A DNA stretch of 64,000 nucleotides from Nitrosopumilus sp. (GCA_965223425.1 OZ245003.1:1632001-1696000); one strand, 5' to 3'; shown: positions 52,910 through 62,136, counted from the stretch's first letter. Notes: generated from the letters alone by a model not told the origin. A program made the numbers and translations.

Positions 52910-54016
52910 ATGTATCATACCATCAGAACAAGACGATATTGTCTTTGCGGGGCGCATGGAATGGCGATATGCCTCATTGGAGCAATTCTTCTGATGCCCG
53001 TCTCTGCTGATGCAAGGGCACAGTCGTGGTGGGACCACATATTTGAATTTCACCGGGACGGCATGATATCAACTGAGGAGCTGAGGACTGCAATGGAATA
53101 CGTGATGGATGTCAGAAACTTGTCGGCGCCCACACCGAAAACCGACAGCAAAAACATAATAACGTATTCTGTCGGAATGTGGCCGGCACTGACATACCCG
53201 GACATACCTGCAGGGGCCATGGAGGCGGCAATCACGACATGGGAGTATAACAATCCGGGCCTTTTGTTTGTCCAGTCAGATTATAATCCGGACATCCGCA
53301 TAGAATGGGATTTGTTCCTCTCAGAAGAGTATGCGGGACTGGCAACATGCACTGATTTTTCAGGTATTGGCTCAATTGACTGTACACTGGACATAGCGCT
53401 TGGTGACTATGACTGCACCGGAGAGTTTGTGCAAGGTGATGTGGATTTTATCACACATACAATAATGCATGAGGTTGGACACGCACTCGGTATCGGGCAT
53501 ACGTCTGATGAAACGCATCTGATGTTTGGACCAGACCCCACAGAGCCGTTTGACACAAAGGGATACCGCATACCTGACTCACTGGACGGAACGTATGTGG
53601 GCCAGGATGAGATTGATGGGGCCATAGATGATACCGGCCGTTCCATTGATAAATTATATGACGATATTCGGGAGATTAATGTCCCGATAGACGAATTGAA
53701 AGTGGAGCTTGACTTGATAAATGACAGACTCATTGCCGGCAAGGACAGAATCAGGGAACTGGAAATGAGGTATGAATTTTACGAGTCCGGAAATCTTTCA
53801 GAAAATCAATACAATCAGGCCATGAGAATCTATGATTTACTGAATATGGAGTATGAGGATCATAAAGTCCTGGTAAACCAGTATAATGAAATTGTCAGGG
53901 AGCAGACAGTTCATATTGATGAATCAAACATGCTTTCTGACGAGTACCAGGCCATGGCAGACAGGCAGTCAGTTCTTGTAGAGACATACAACTGCTATCC
54001 CAATGTGGGGGACTGA
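52910..54016 (+). CDS. Secreted matrixin-like (M10) zinc metalloprotease with coiled coil
   Basis: HEVGHALGIGH + Met-turn LM; signal peptide. Confidence 0.8.
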   Translation: MYHTIRTRRYCLCGAHGMAICLIGAILLMPVSADARAQSWWDHIFEFHRDGMISTEELRTAMEYVMDVRNLSAPTPKTDSKNIITYSVGMWPALTYPDIPAGAMEAAITTWEYNNPGLLFVQSDYNPDIRIEWDLFLSEEYAGLATCTDFSGIGSIDCTLDIALGDYDCTGEFVQGDVDFITHTIMHEVGHALGIGHTSDETHLMFGPDPTEPFDTKGYRIPDSLDGTYVGQDEIDGAIDDTGRSIDKLYDDIREINVPIDELKVELDLINDRLIAGKDRIRELEMRYEFYESGNLSENQYNQAMRIYDLLNMEYEDHKVLVNQYNEIVREQTVHIDESNMLSDEYQAMADRQSVLVETYNCYPNVGD

Positions 54017-54024
54017 CATGCAGC

Positions 54025-54120
54025 CGGCGATGACGGAATCCGGCACACCATTGGCAGTCCGAACAGTCGATATGTCAAAGTCGAGTTATATGGGTTGACT
54101 CCCGATAACTTCACAGAACC
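54025..54120 (+). mobile_element. Second TnpB 3'-end remnant
   Basis: Near-identical to ~43885-43979; ends ..AACTTCACAGAACC. Confidence 0.7.
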
Positions 54121-54371
54121 CGTAAGATAAATAAAAAGAAAAAATAAAATTAAAGAGAGGAGGGGATGATTCATGCCAAGGATATACTATTATTGCGAAA
54201 AACATTATGAGCATTTTGATGAGTGTAACATACGTCACATAAGAGAGCTGACAGACAACACGTGCGTATGCGAGTATAGAAGATGTACAATGCGTGGCAG
54301 GTGCATGATTCTTCTTCGTGTTGACTAGATTAGATTTTGATGCAACCAAACAACAAAAATACGAGTGCCTG

Positions 54372-54602
54372 TTAGAAGTACTGAACTAGAATGATCACAC
54401 AAAAAGATGAAAGTATTGTTGAAGATATTGTCTTTGATGATGGCGACAAAATAGAAATAGCATGTTCATATCCAGATGTGGAAACTGCCATAAAGGCATT
54501 ACACGCTTTTTTTATTGATTTCAAAAAACAACACACAAACCAAGGTTCTGTATAATCTTCGAGAGCTGAAATATGGATCTTCTCCGAATTGAAATTAGGC
54601 AT
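54372..54602 (-). CDS. Small hypothetical protein downstream of a transposase remnant
   Basis: Start overlaps the stop of the transposase fragment. Confidence 0.35.
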   Translation of the reverse strand: MPNFNSEKIHISALEDYTEPWFVCCFLKSIKKACNAFMAVSTSGYEHAISILSPSSKTISSTILSSFCVIILVQYF

Positions 54603-54705
54603 GTTGATTCAATGAGGCATTTTGAATTATTGTCCTCCATTTGTTATTTCTGTCTACTACAACACCAGCTAATTCGGCTGGTGTCTTCTTGCCAATCCCA
54701 CCATG
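54595..54705 (-). pseudogene. C-terminal remnant of an IS6-like DDE transposase
   Basis: HGGIGKKTPAELAGVVVDRNNKWRTIIQNAS. Confidence 0.6.
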
Positions 54706-54839
54706 ATCCACATCTCATGTACCGACAACGTTACAGAACCTCATGATCACCAGCTTGATATTTGCCTAGATAGATCTGTTTTGTTTTCAGGCGTACCGCA
54801 CATCGAAAATTAATATGTAAGAAAAAGAATCAAAGAATG

Positions 54840-54900
54840 AGGGCTCAGAGGTCGTCTCACTCATCACAGAGTCAGAAGTCGTTGGTCTCATCATTGCCCT
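54840..54900 (-). ncRNA. Box C/D guide sRNA (canonical)
   Basis: AGGGCA ATGATGA gaccaacgactt CTGA ctct GTGATGA gtgagacgacct CTGA GCCCT; terminal stem; T-rich tail. Confidence 0.85.
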
Positions 54901-54996
54901 CATTTCTGTTTGATTCGTCTTATCCCTATATAGATATAAACCAAATATAAAACTATCTCTATTAAGGTATAAATTACAGTGCCGTAATTATAGATT

Positions 54997-55206
54997 ATGC
55001 CGATAACTACAAAGACGGTAAGTGGTGAAAGATACATCTACTTTTCACATTATAAGAATGGCAAAAAAAAGGAAACATATTGCGGACTAGCCTCAAAACC
55101 TGAATCAAAAAGAAAAGCAGTAGATCTCGAGATCATCAGTCTGAAAGAACAGCGAAAAACAATATTAGATAAGATTAGAAAATTGGAGGTACAAAGACAC
55201 TTATGA
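54997..55206 (+). CDS. Small putative DNA-binding protein, paralogue of 17257-17490
   Basis: KTVSGERYIY..YCG..PESKRKAVDLEI + coiled coil. Confidence 0.6.
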   Translation: MPITTKTVSGERYIYFSHYKNGKKKETYCGLASKPESKRKAVDLEIISLKEQRKTILDKIRKLEVQRHL

Positions 55207-55240
55207 AGTTTGGATATAAGCCCAGTGGAAGCGGACATAA

Positions 55241-55270
55241 GCTTCCAATAGCTTCCAATAGCTTCCAATA
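55241..55270 (+). repeat. (GCTTCCAATA)x3 tandem repeat upstream of the R-M gene
   Basis: Three exact copies; inverted TGGAAGC just upstream. Confidence 0.85.
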
Positions 55271-55291
55271 TACTATTAATGGTGTTGCCCT

Positions 55292-58027
55292 CTGGTAGCA
55301 CCAGAGAATCTATCTCTGGAGGAGATCAAGACAAATGCCATAAATTTTTCAGAGAGATGGAAAAATGAAAAGAATGAAAAATCAGAGGCCCAGACCTTTG
55401 TTAATGAGTTCTTTGCAGTGTTTGGGTTAGATAGAAAGACAGTTGCAAGATTAGAAGAGCACCCAGATAATTCACCTGATTGGATGGATTGCTTTTGGAA
55501 GAGCAAATTAATAATTGAGATGAAAAGTCTTGGAGAAAATCTAGATAAGGCAATGGAGCAGGCACTCAGTTATTATGTACAACTGAAAAAAGATGAAGAG
55601 CCACGACACATACTGGTTTGTGATTTTGAACACTGGTATATTCGTGACAAAAAAGAAAACACAGATCACTTTTTCATACTATCTGAACTAGTTGATAATA
55701 TAGGGCTTTTTGGGTTTATGACAGACAGACCTAAGCTGATACGTGCAGATCCTGTAAACTTGCATGCATCAGAAACCTTAGGTAAAATCTTTAACATGTT
55801 AAAAGCAGCTAACTATGGGACTCATCATACAGAATACTTTTTGACAAGGCTTGTGTTCTGTCTGTTTGCTGATGACACTGGCATATTTGGTGATCATGGT
55901 AAATTTCAAGCCTACATTAAAGAATCTACCTTGGAGGATGGCTCTGATTTAGGCCGTTATCTCGCATACTTGTTTGGCGTACTAAACCAAGACAGAGACA
56001 CACGCTCCAAAACAATGGACTCTAAAACTCGTTCATTCCCATACATCAACGGTGCGTTGTTTGAAAAGCCAATAGAGTTTCCTGATTTTAATGGCAAGAT
56101 GAGAGAGTTATTAATTCAAGCAGGTGACTATGACTGGTCTAAAGTATCACCCGCAATTTTTGGCAACATGTTCCAGACCGTAATGGATCAGGATGCACGC
56201 CGTGAGATGGGGGCTCATTACACCAGTGAGGAAAACATACTCAATGTCATCAGACCGTTGTTTTTGGATAAACTAAATGAGGAATACGACGAGATAAACA
56301 GCATAGCTGATGATGCCAAAAAAGCCAGATTTGTAGAATTTCAAAACAAGCTTGCAAGCTTGACGTTTTTAGATCCTGCATGTGGCAGTGGAAATTTCCT
56401 AGTAATAGCATACAGGGAAATAAGAAGATTGGAGCACCGTGTGATTATGAAGATACATGGTTATGCGGGCAAAAGAACGGATACTGACGGATTATCAAAG
56501 GTAGATGTAAACCAATTTTATGGAATTGAGATAATAGAATTTTCCTCTCGTATTGCAGAGACATCGCTTTGGATGATGGATCATATTATGAATGTGGAAT
56601 TATCAAACAGATACGGATATAGATTTAGAAGGATACCAATTAAGAAAAAACCCAATATTGTATGGAAAGATGCATTGGAGTTTGACTGGAACGAACTTCT
56701 GCCAAGTGAGGAATGCTCTTACGTATTTGGGAATCCCCCGTTTGGCGGTTCAAAGACGATAACTAAAGAGCAGAGAGGGCAAGTACAGCGTATAGCGAAT
56801 ATTGAAAGAAGCGGTGGAACGTTGGACTATGTTACTGCATGGTTTTTTAAGGCATGTGAGTATATACCACACACCAAATGTCCTCAAATTGCATTTGTGT
56901 CCACTAACAGTATAACTCAAGGAGAACAGGTAGGGCAGCTGTGGCCCGCTATGTTTGAAAGGCATGGTGTGGAAATATCCTTTGCATATCAGTCATTCAA
57001 GTGGGAGTCAGAGGCAAGAGGCAGGGCACAGGTGACTGTAATTATAATAGGTCTTACAAGAAACGATGACAGGAAACGACTATTCCATTATGATGACAAT
57101 GGAAATCTCATTGAGATTAATCCTGAATGTATCTCCCCCTACCTAATTGAAACATCAAAGACACTTCCGATAGTAATGGAGACATCAAAACCACTCAACG
57201 GTTTCCAAAAAATGAAGATGGGTTCTAAACCCATAGATGGCGGAAATTACATTTTTACCAGTGATGAAAAGGAGAAATTTCTTGCAGAAGAGCCAAACGC
57301 AAAAGATTTTTTCAGACCGTATGTAAATGCGGATGAATTTCTGAATGGCAACATGAGATCAATCTTGGCATTGCATAATATTGAGCCACATGAGCTGAGA
57401 AGACTGCCGAGAGTTATGAAACGAGTTAACTTGGTGAGATTATTCAGAAAGAAAAGCATAGATAAAGGAACAAAAAAACTGGCGGATAATCCTACATCTT
57501 ACCATCTTAATGTGATACCTACGTCCACATTCCTGATTATACCACGTGTTACTTCTGAGAAACGTGAATATGTGCCAATAGGTTTTTTGGAGCCTCCTAT
57601 AATACCTAGTAGTGCCACTATGGTTATAGAGAATGCCTCTCTTGACATGTTCGGACTTTTGACTTCAAAAATGCACATGATATGGCTTAGAACAGTTGGT
57701 GGCAAGCTGAAATTTGATCTTAGGTATTCTAAAGGAATAGTATACAACACATTCCCAATTCCAACTGATTGGAGTGAAAAATCAAAAACTTTGTGGCCAT
57801 ACGCACAATCCATACTTGATGCCAGAAAGAGTCATCCCGAGTCCACATTGGCAGACCTCTATGATCCGACGGCAATGCCAACTGACCTGAAAAATGCACA
57901 TCAAAAACTGGACAAGGCTGTGGAGAAATTATACAGGAAAAAACCGTTTGAATCAGACAGTAAGAGGCAGGAGTTCCTGCTGGAAGAGTATCAAAAGATG
58001 ATAGATGATCATCAAACTACTTTATAG
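55292..58027 (+). CDS. MmeI-like type IIL/IIG restriction-modification enzyme
   Basis: LSLEEIK..F..RW, IEMKS, GAHYTSEENI, LDPACGSGNFL, GNPPFGG, STLADLYDP; homology extends upstream of 55418 to a CTG at 55292. Confidence 0.9.
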   Translation: MVAPENLSLEEIKTNAINFSERWKNEKNEKSEAQTFVNEFFAVFGLDRKTVARLEEHPDNSPDWMDCFWKSKLIIEMKSLGENLDKAMEQALSYYVQLKKDEEPRHILVCDFEHWYIRDKKENTDHFFILSELVDNIGLFGFMTDRPKLIRADPVNLHASETLGKIFNMLKAANYGTHHTEYFLTRLVFCLFADDTGIFGDHGKFQAYIKESTLEDGSDLGRYLAYLFGVLNQDRDTRSKTMDSKTRSFPYINGALFEKPIEFPDFNGKMRELLIQAGDYDWSKVSPAIFGNMFQTVMDQDARREMGAHYTSEENILNVIRPLFLDKLNEEYDEINSIADDAKKARFVEFQNKLASLTFLDPACGSGNFLVIAYREIRRLEHRVIMKIHGYAGKRTDTDGLSKVDVNQFYGIEIIEFSSRIAETSLWMMDHIMNVELSNRYGYRFRRIPIKKKPNIVWKDALEFDWNELLPSEECSYVFGNPPFGGSKTITKEQRGQVQRIANIERSGGTLDYVTAWFFKACEYIPHTKCPQIAFVSTNSITQGEQVGQLWPAMFERHGVEISFAYQSFKWESEARGRAQVTVIIIGLTRNDDRKRLFHYDDNGNLIEINPECISPYLIETSKTLPIVMETSKPLNGFQKMKMGSKPIDGGNYIFTSDEKEKFLAEEPNAKDFFRPYVNADEFLNGNMRSILALHNIEPHELRRLPRVMKRVNLVRLFRKKSIDKGTKKLADNPTSYHLNVIPTSTFLIIPRVTSEKREYVPIGFLEPPIIPSSATMVIENASLDMFGLLTSKMHMIWLRTVGGKLKFDLRYSKGIVYNTFPIPTDWSEKSKTLWPYAQSILDARKSHPESTLADLYDPTAMPTDLKNAHQKLDKAVEKLYRKKPFESDSKRQEFLLEEYQKMIDDHQTTL

Positions 58028-58122
58028 ACACAATTTCTTGATTCAGAGAAGATCAGTATTTCATACCTATATCACTACAAGTTGACAGAACCAATCAAAG
58101 GAATCCTTAACTTGTATGACGT

Positions 58123-58362
58123 ATGAAACATGCTATGAATGACGATACTGCCGACTGCACAAGTGTTATTCTTATTTATGCTGGTATTTTTATGATGATG
58201 GCAGGAGCACTCGTTACAATCATCTGGATTGAGCTTGCCGTCGTAATTATGGTGGGAGGTGGCATACTATTAATGGCATCGGGGGTCATTGGGATGGCGT
58301 ATGGAGGCCTTGGATGGGAATATGTCCCAGAGGATGTGAGAAAAAGACAGACAGAGGACTGA
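58123..58362 (+). CDS. Small membrane protein
   Basis: Two TM helices. Confidence 0.45.
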   Translation: MKHAMNDDTADCTSVILIYAGIFMMMAGALVTIIWIELAVVIMVGGGILLMASGVIGMAYGGLGWEYVPEDVRKRQTED

Positions 58363-58483
58363 TCAGATCACACAAATTCCCGAACCAGTCAAGTACATGG
58401 CAGGTATGACGGCATATTGTACGTAAGATACTGAAATATCCTGTTTTTATCCTATTTCCATATTTTTAGATGTGAGAACAAGA

Positions 58484-58606
58484 ATGCAGACAAACTGCAA
58501 GTACTGTGGCGGTAGGAATTATTATCACCTTTATGAAGATTCGATGCCGCTTGATAGCAGGTCGTGGCTGTATTGCATGGACTGTGGATTTACGCGTCCC
58601 GCATGA
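58484..58606 (+). CDS. 40-aa zinc-ribbon microprotein
   Basis: MQTNCKYCGG..WLYCMDCGFTRPA. Confidence 0.5.
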   Translation: MQTNCKYCGGRNYYHLYEDSMPLDSRSWLYCMDCGFTRPA

Positions 58607-58689
58607 GAACACGCGTACCCGGCGTTTCATGAGGTATGGGGTTCTCTAAAAACAATAATACTGTTCATATGCACCATTCAACATAAGCG

Positions 58690-59757
58690 ATGAACGATGC
58701 ATTCTGGATGGAACATATCAGGGGATGGATGCGGATGGAGCACAGACAGAGGCCGTGCCGCCTGGTATGTCTTGTGGAAGACGAGGGCGAATTTGACACA
58801 ATACGGACAATGGCCGAAGGGCTTGGAGTCGGCGCAGTATCCGTATATGACGACTCGTGGACAATGAATCCCACGTCACATGCAATTATAGTTGGAACAC
58901 ACGATGAACTGCTGTCGCGCTCACTGGATCGCGGGTACGGTGTAAAACCTGCCATGTGGCACATACAGTTTGGACTGTTAAATTCCGACTGTCTGTGGAC
59001 AATGAAATCCCCAAACCGTGTCTGGTGCGGTCTTGACTCGCTACATAAAAAATTGGGTGCATACAACATATTCTCTGATACAAAAGTGACTGATGCGGCA
59101 GACATTCCCATACGTGGCCTGTTTGACGTATCGGGTGGAACAGAAGACGACATCGAGGAATTTATGATGGGGTTCCCACACCATGAGACTGAACAGCATG
59201 AGAGGATGGTGCAGGGCACGAAATGGGTGACTCTTCCCAGGCATCTTTCGCAGACAGTTACGGCCGTACTGGATCTTGCAGTCAACAAGAGGTTTGAAGG
59301 AACGCTGCTGACTGCCGCCAGATATCATGATTATGGCAAGTCACATCCTCTTTTCCAGAAAATGCTTCTTGGTGGACTTGATCAAAATGAGAGAATGTCC
59401 AGGGCCGGAACAGTGTGGGCCAAGAGAAGGCCCAGAACCAGACTGGAATGTGCAGGTTACCGCCACGATCTGACAGGTGCGTGCGCCTTTGTCAGCACAA
59501 ATCCCGACATGTTGCTTGAGGGATATCTCATCATGTCACACCACGGCAGGTTTTATTTTTCAATTCCCAAAGTCAGTGACAGGCTGCCAAAAACGGATGT
59601 CGGCGGCGGCATTATTGTTGGCGACACCTCGTTTGAGATGACCCAGGACAAATGGGGCGCAATATTTGATCAGCTGTACAGAACACACGGGCCGTTCGTG
59701 CTGGCGTACCTTGAGGCGGTCCTGCGCGTGGCCGACATGAGGGCAAGTGATCTGTAG
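58690..59757 (+). CDS. cas3: Shortened type I-G (I-U) Cas3: helicase remnant + C-terminal HD nuclease
   Basis: AIIVGTHDELLSRSLDRGYG..FGLLNSDCLW (Cas3u helicase segment); RHL..YHDYGK..GYRHD..SHHGR..LAYLEAVLRVAD (HD). Confidence 0.8.
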   Translation: MNDAFWMEHIRGWMRMEHRQRPCRLVCLVEDEGEFDTIRTMAEGLGVGAVSVYDDSWTMNPTSHAIIVGTHDELLSRSLDRGYGVKPAMWHIQFGLLNSDCLWTMKSPNRVWCGLDSLHKKLGAYNIFSDTKVTDAADIPIRGLFDVSGGTEDDIEEFMMGFPHHETEQHERMVQGTKWVTLPRHLSQTVTAVLDLAVNKRFEGTLLTAARYHDYGKSHPLFQKMLLGGLDQNERMSRAGTVWAKRRPRTRLECAGYRHDLTGACAFVSTNPDMLLEGYLIMSHHGRFYFSIPKVSDRLPKTDVGGGIIVGDTSFEMTQDKWGAIFDQLYRTHGPFVLAYLEAVLRVADMRASDL

Positions 59758-59891
59758 TGTGTGGATGTCAGAAGGAATCAGACAAACTGCATGGTTACCA
59801 AGTATGGTTGCCAATCATGGCCGATGAAGGCGGAACATAATCTATATTCTGCCCCCACTTCAATTGAGACATGCCTGTTTGGCGTCCTATT

Positions 59892-60170
59892 CTAGAGAAA
59901 GTCCGGGTCGTCATCATCTGTCGGAATCTCCGACTTTTGGCCGCCTGTGTGATTGTTGTCTCTTTCTGTTTTTATTTTGTCATTTATTTCCGCAATCACA
60001 TCCAGGTCAAGGCGCTTTAGGATCATCTCTGCATTTTCTACAAGAAACCGGACATCGTTTAAAATGCCGTCAATCTTTCTCCTGGTCCTTAATTTCTGAA
60101 GCCTTAGTCTTCCAGGCGAAAAAGAGTCAGGTGAGACAATCGCCCGCTTTTGTTTGTCAGTTAGTGCCAT
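59892..60170 (-). CDS. Small protein downstream of the ParM-like gene (ParR-like adaptor?)
   Basis: MALTDKQKRAIV start overlapping the ParM-like stop. Confidence 0.45.
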   Translation of the reverse strand: MALTDKQKRAIVSPDSFSPGRLRLQKLRTRRKIDGILNDVRFLVENAEMILKRLDLDVIAEINDKIKTERDNNHTGGQKSEIPTDDDDPDFL

Positions 60171-61015
60171 TTCTGCGCCTTTGTAAGCATCCCAAGCGCA
60201 TTTGAAAATACTGGGTCCCTTGCTATCTGGCACTTGTCGCGTATTGCCTCATTTTTTATCTCAGAGACAAGCTTTGGTATCAGTGCCCCGCCTCCGGCCA
60301 GAATCACAGGAAGTTCCGGAAAGTCAATGACTGTCTTTGTCAGGGAATCAGATATAGAGTCTGCAAGAAGCTTTCTGTACTGTGAGAGCTCCGGAGTGTC
60401 CTTTGCAAACAGGCTCTTCTCCTTGACGTATCCGGTCTTTGTGTCAGTTATTGCAGAGGTGATGTCTCCGACTCCGTGATCCAGTGTCAGGCCTGAGGCT
60501 ATCTTGCCATTGACTACTGCCATTATCTCAGTGGTTCCATGTCCGATGTGGCACACAATACCGTCCTCCAATCCCTGGTGGATGAGGGTGGCCCTTGCCT
60601 GGTATATGAGCCCAAAGAACTTTGGTCCAAGCGCCTTCATTACTGCCTCGCGAATCTTTTTGCTGTGGTCCCTTGCAGCATATGGGACTCCTGCAACGAT
60701 GACCATTTGTGCATACCTGCCAACGGCAGATGTCCTGGGGGTTCCGAGGATCTGGTCCATTGAGTATTTTATCAGGCTGATATAGTCCTCCATTATTGTT
60801 GGAATCCCGCGATATACGGGCCTCTTTAGTGTCATTGTTTTTATGGTTTCATATTTTGCAGCATCGTATCCGATGTGTGTCGTATCCTTGTTGTTTGACT
60901 CTAGCTCCAGGTGCCTGCCAGTGGCAATTAGTGACGGGAACTTTGTCAATCTGGTCGATGTTGCAATCTTTACAAAGCCGGTTCCAATGTCGAGTCCGGC
61001 AACATATTCACTCAT
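60161..61015 (-). CDS. ParM/StbA-like actin ATPase
   Basis: GLDIGTGFVK, CHIGHGTTE, ILAGGGA, FSNALG. Confidence 0.8.
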   Translation of the reverse strand: MSEYVAGLDIGTGFVKIATSTRLTKFPSLIATGRHLELESNNKDTTHIGYDAAKYETIKTMTLKRPVYRGIPTIMEDYISLIKYSMDQILGTPRTSAVGRYAQMVIVAGVPYAARDHSKKIREAVMKALGPKFFGLIYQARATLIHQGLEDGIVCHIGHGTTEIMAVVNGKIASGLTLDHGVGDITSAITDTKTGYVKEKSLFAKDTPELSQYRKLLADSISDSLTKTVIDFPELPVILAGGGALIPKLVSEIKNEAIRDKCQIARDPVFSNALGMLTKAQKWH

Positions 61016-61056
61016 TGAGATTGCCGTATCAGTTTTGAATTTAAGGCAGTTTTTGC

Positions 61057-61292
61057 CGTTTCAAAAAAGTGAAACGCCGTTTCACTTTTCCGACGGTTTT
61101 GAATTCGGGGTACTTTTTCCTGAAAAACGGAGATAAAAAAAGGTACTCAATACAACACACATATACAATATAAACAAACAACAAAAAACATCTAAAATAC
61201 AACAACGGCAATCGATAAGGAGAAATCCCAATTAATTATTCCAAATTTTACAAAGTGCGAAAAAATCGCGAATGTTTCACTTTTTTGAAACG
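61057..61292. repeat. 19-bp inverted repeat pair (operator/centromere-like)
   Basis: CGTTTCAAAAAAGTGAAAC (61057-61075) and its reverse complement (61274-61292); extra half-site at 61078-61090. Confidence 0.75.
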
Positions 61293-61443
61293 CTTTCTGG
61301 CCAGAATTTCACAGTATGTGATCGTAAATAATTAGAAAGAAAAAGAAAACAAAAAATTCAGAGCAACCAAAAAAATCAGACACCAATCCAAAATCATTTC
61401 AAAAAAATCATTACACCAAAACAGAATCAAGATAATAAAAAGA

Positions 61444-61507
61444 AGGGCCATGATGAGACTCCATTCATTCTGACATCAATATGATGACAGAGATCAGTCT
61501 GAGCCCT
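61444..61507 (+). ncRNA. Box C/D guide sRNA (canonical)
   Basis: AGGGCC ATGATGA gactccattcatt CTGA catcaat ATGATGA cagagatcagt CTGA GCCCT. Confidence 0.85.
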
Positions 61508-61590
61508 CAAATTCAATCTAACTGACTTCAATAAAAATCAGACCATACCAAACCAACCACTCATTCCAAGAAAATCAAGATAATAAAAAA

Positions 61591-61654
61591 AGGGCGGTGA
61601 TGAGTTCCATTCATTCTGTCATCATTATGATGATAAACCCCCAGTCCTGGCCCC
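61591..61654 (+). ncRNA. Degenerate box C/D sRNA copy
   Basis: AGGGCG GTGATGA gttccattcatt CTGT catcatt ATGATGA taaacccccagtc CTG GCCC. Confidence 0.55.
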
Positions 61655-61696
61655 CATTCCCCAGCAACACATACCAATTAAAACATTCAAAAAGAA

Positions 61697-61794
61697 AAAC
61701 ATCCTGATGAGCCCTTTTGGGCCAACTCCAATCAGAACATAACTGGTTTGGATGAGCCCTACTAGGGCGAAACTGCCATTGGCAGTCGATGTTT
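61697..61794 (+). ncRNA. Type I hammerhead ribozyme 1
   Basis: Stem I AAACATC/GATGTTT, CTGATGA, stem II GCCCT..AGGGC, GAAA, stem III CTGCC-ATT-GGCAG, GTC cleavage after 61787. Confidence 0.85.
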
Positions 61795-62136
61795 CGCAAA
61801 ATACTTTCGCGAGTATCTGGTGGCGAAAAGCTGCCAACAATCAGAAAGGGCACTAAAGAGTATGCCCTAAGAATATTCCTTCGAGGGGGATATGTTCTCC
61901 GTGATGGTTCACGATTGGTATGTTTGCCCACTTGTTATTGGGATCACAAACTAGACCGGCCATACATGGAATGGTTTGAAATAAGCCGAGACGGCACTCT
62001 AACATATTACAGACTAAAGGATTCTGTAAAGGCTGTTGCCGAGTGCAAGGTTGAATCAAATTATGGGTTCATACCAAAAGCCACATACCCTCGTGTCATG
62101 AAGGCCTGTCGGGCTCCATGCAACTCTGGTTGTTAA
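61789..62136 (+). CDS. Small hypothetical protein directly after hammerhead 1
   Basis: MFRKILSRVSGG..; AUG one nt after the predicted cleavage site. Confidence 0.6.
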   Translation: MFRKILSRVSGGEKLPTIRKGTKEYALRIFLRGGYVLRDGSRLVCLPTCYWDHKLDRPYMEWFEISRDGTLTYYRLKDSVKAVAECKVESNYGFIPKATYPRVMKACRAPCNSGC

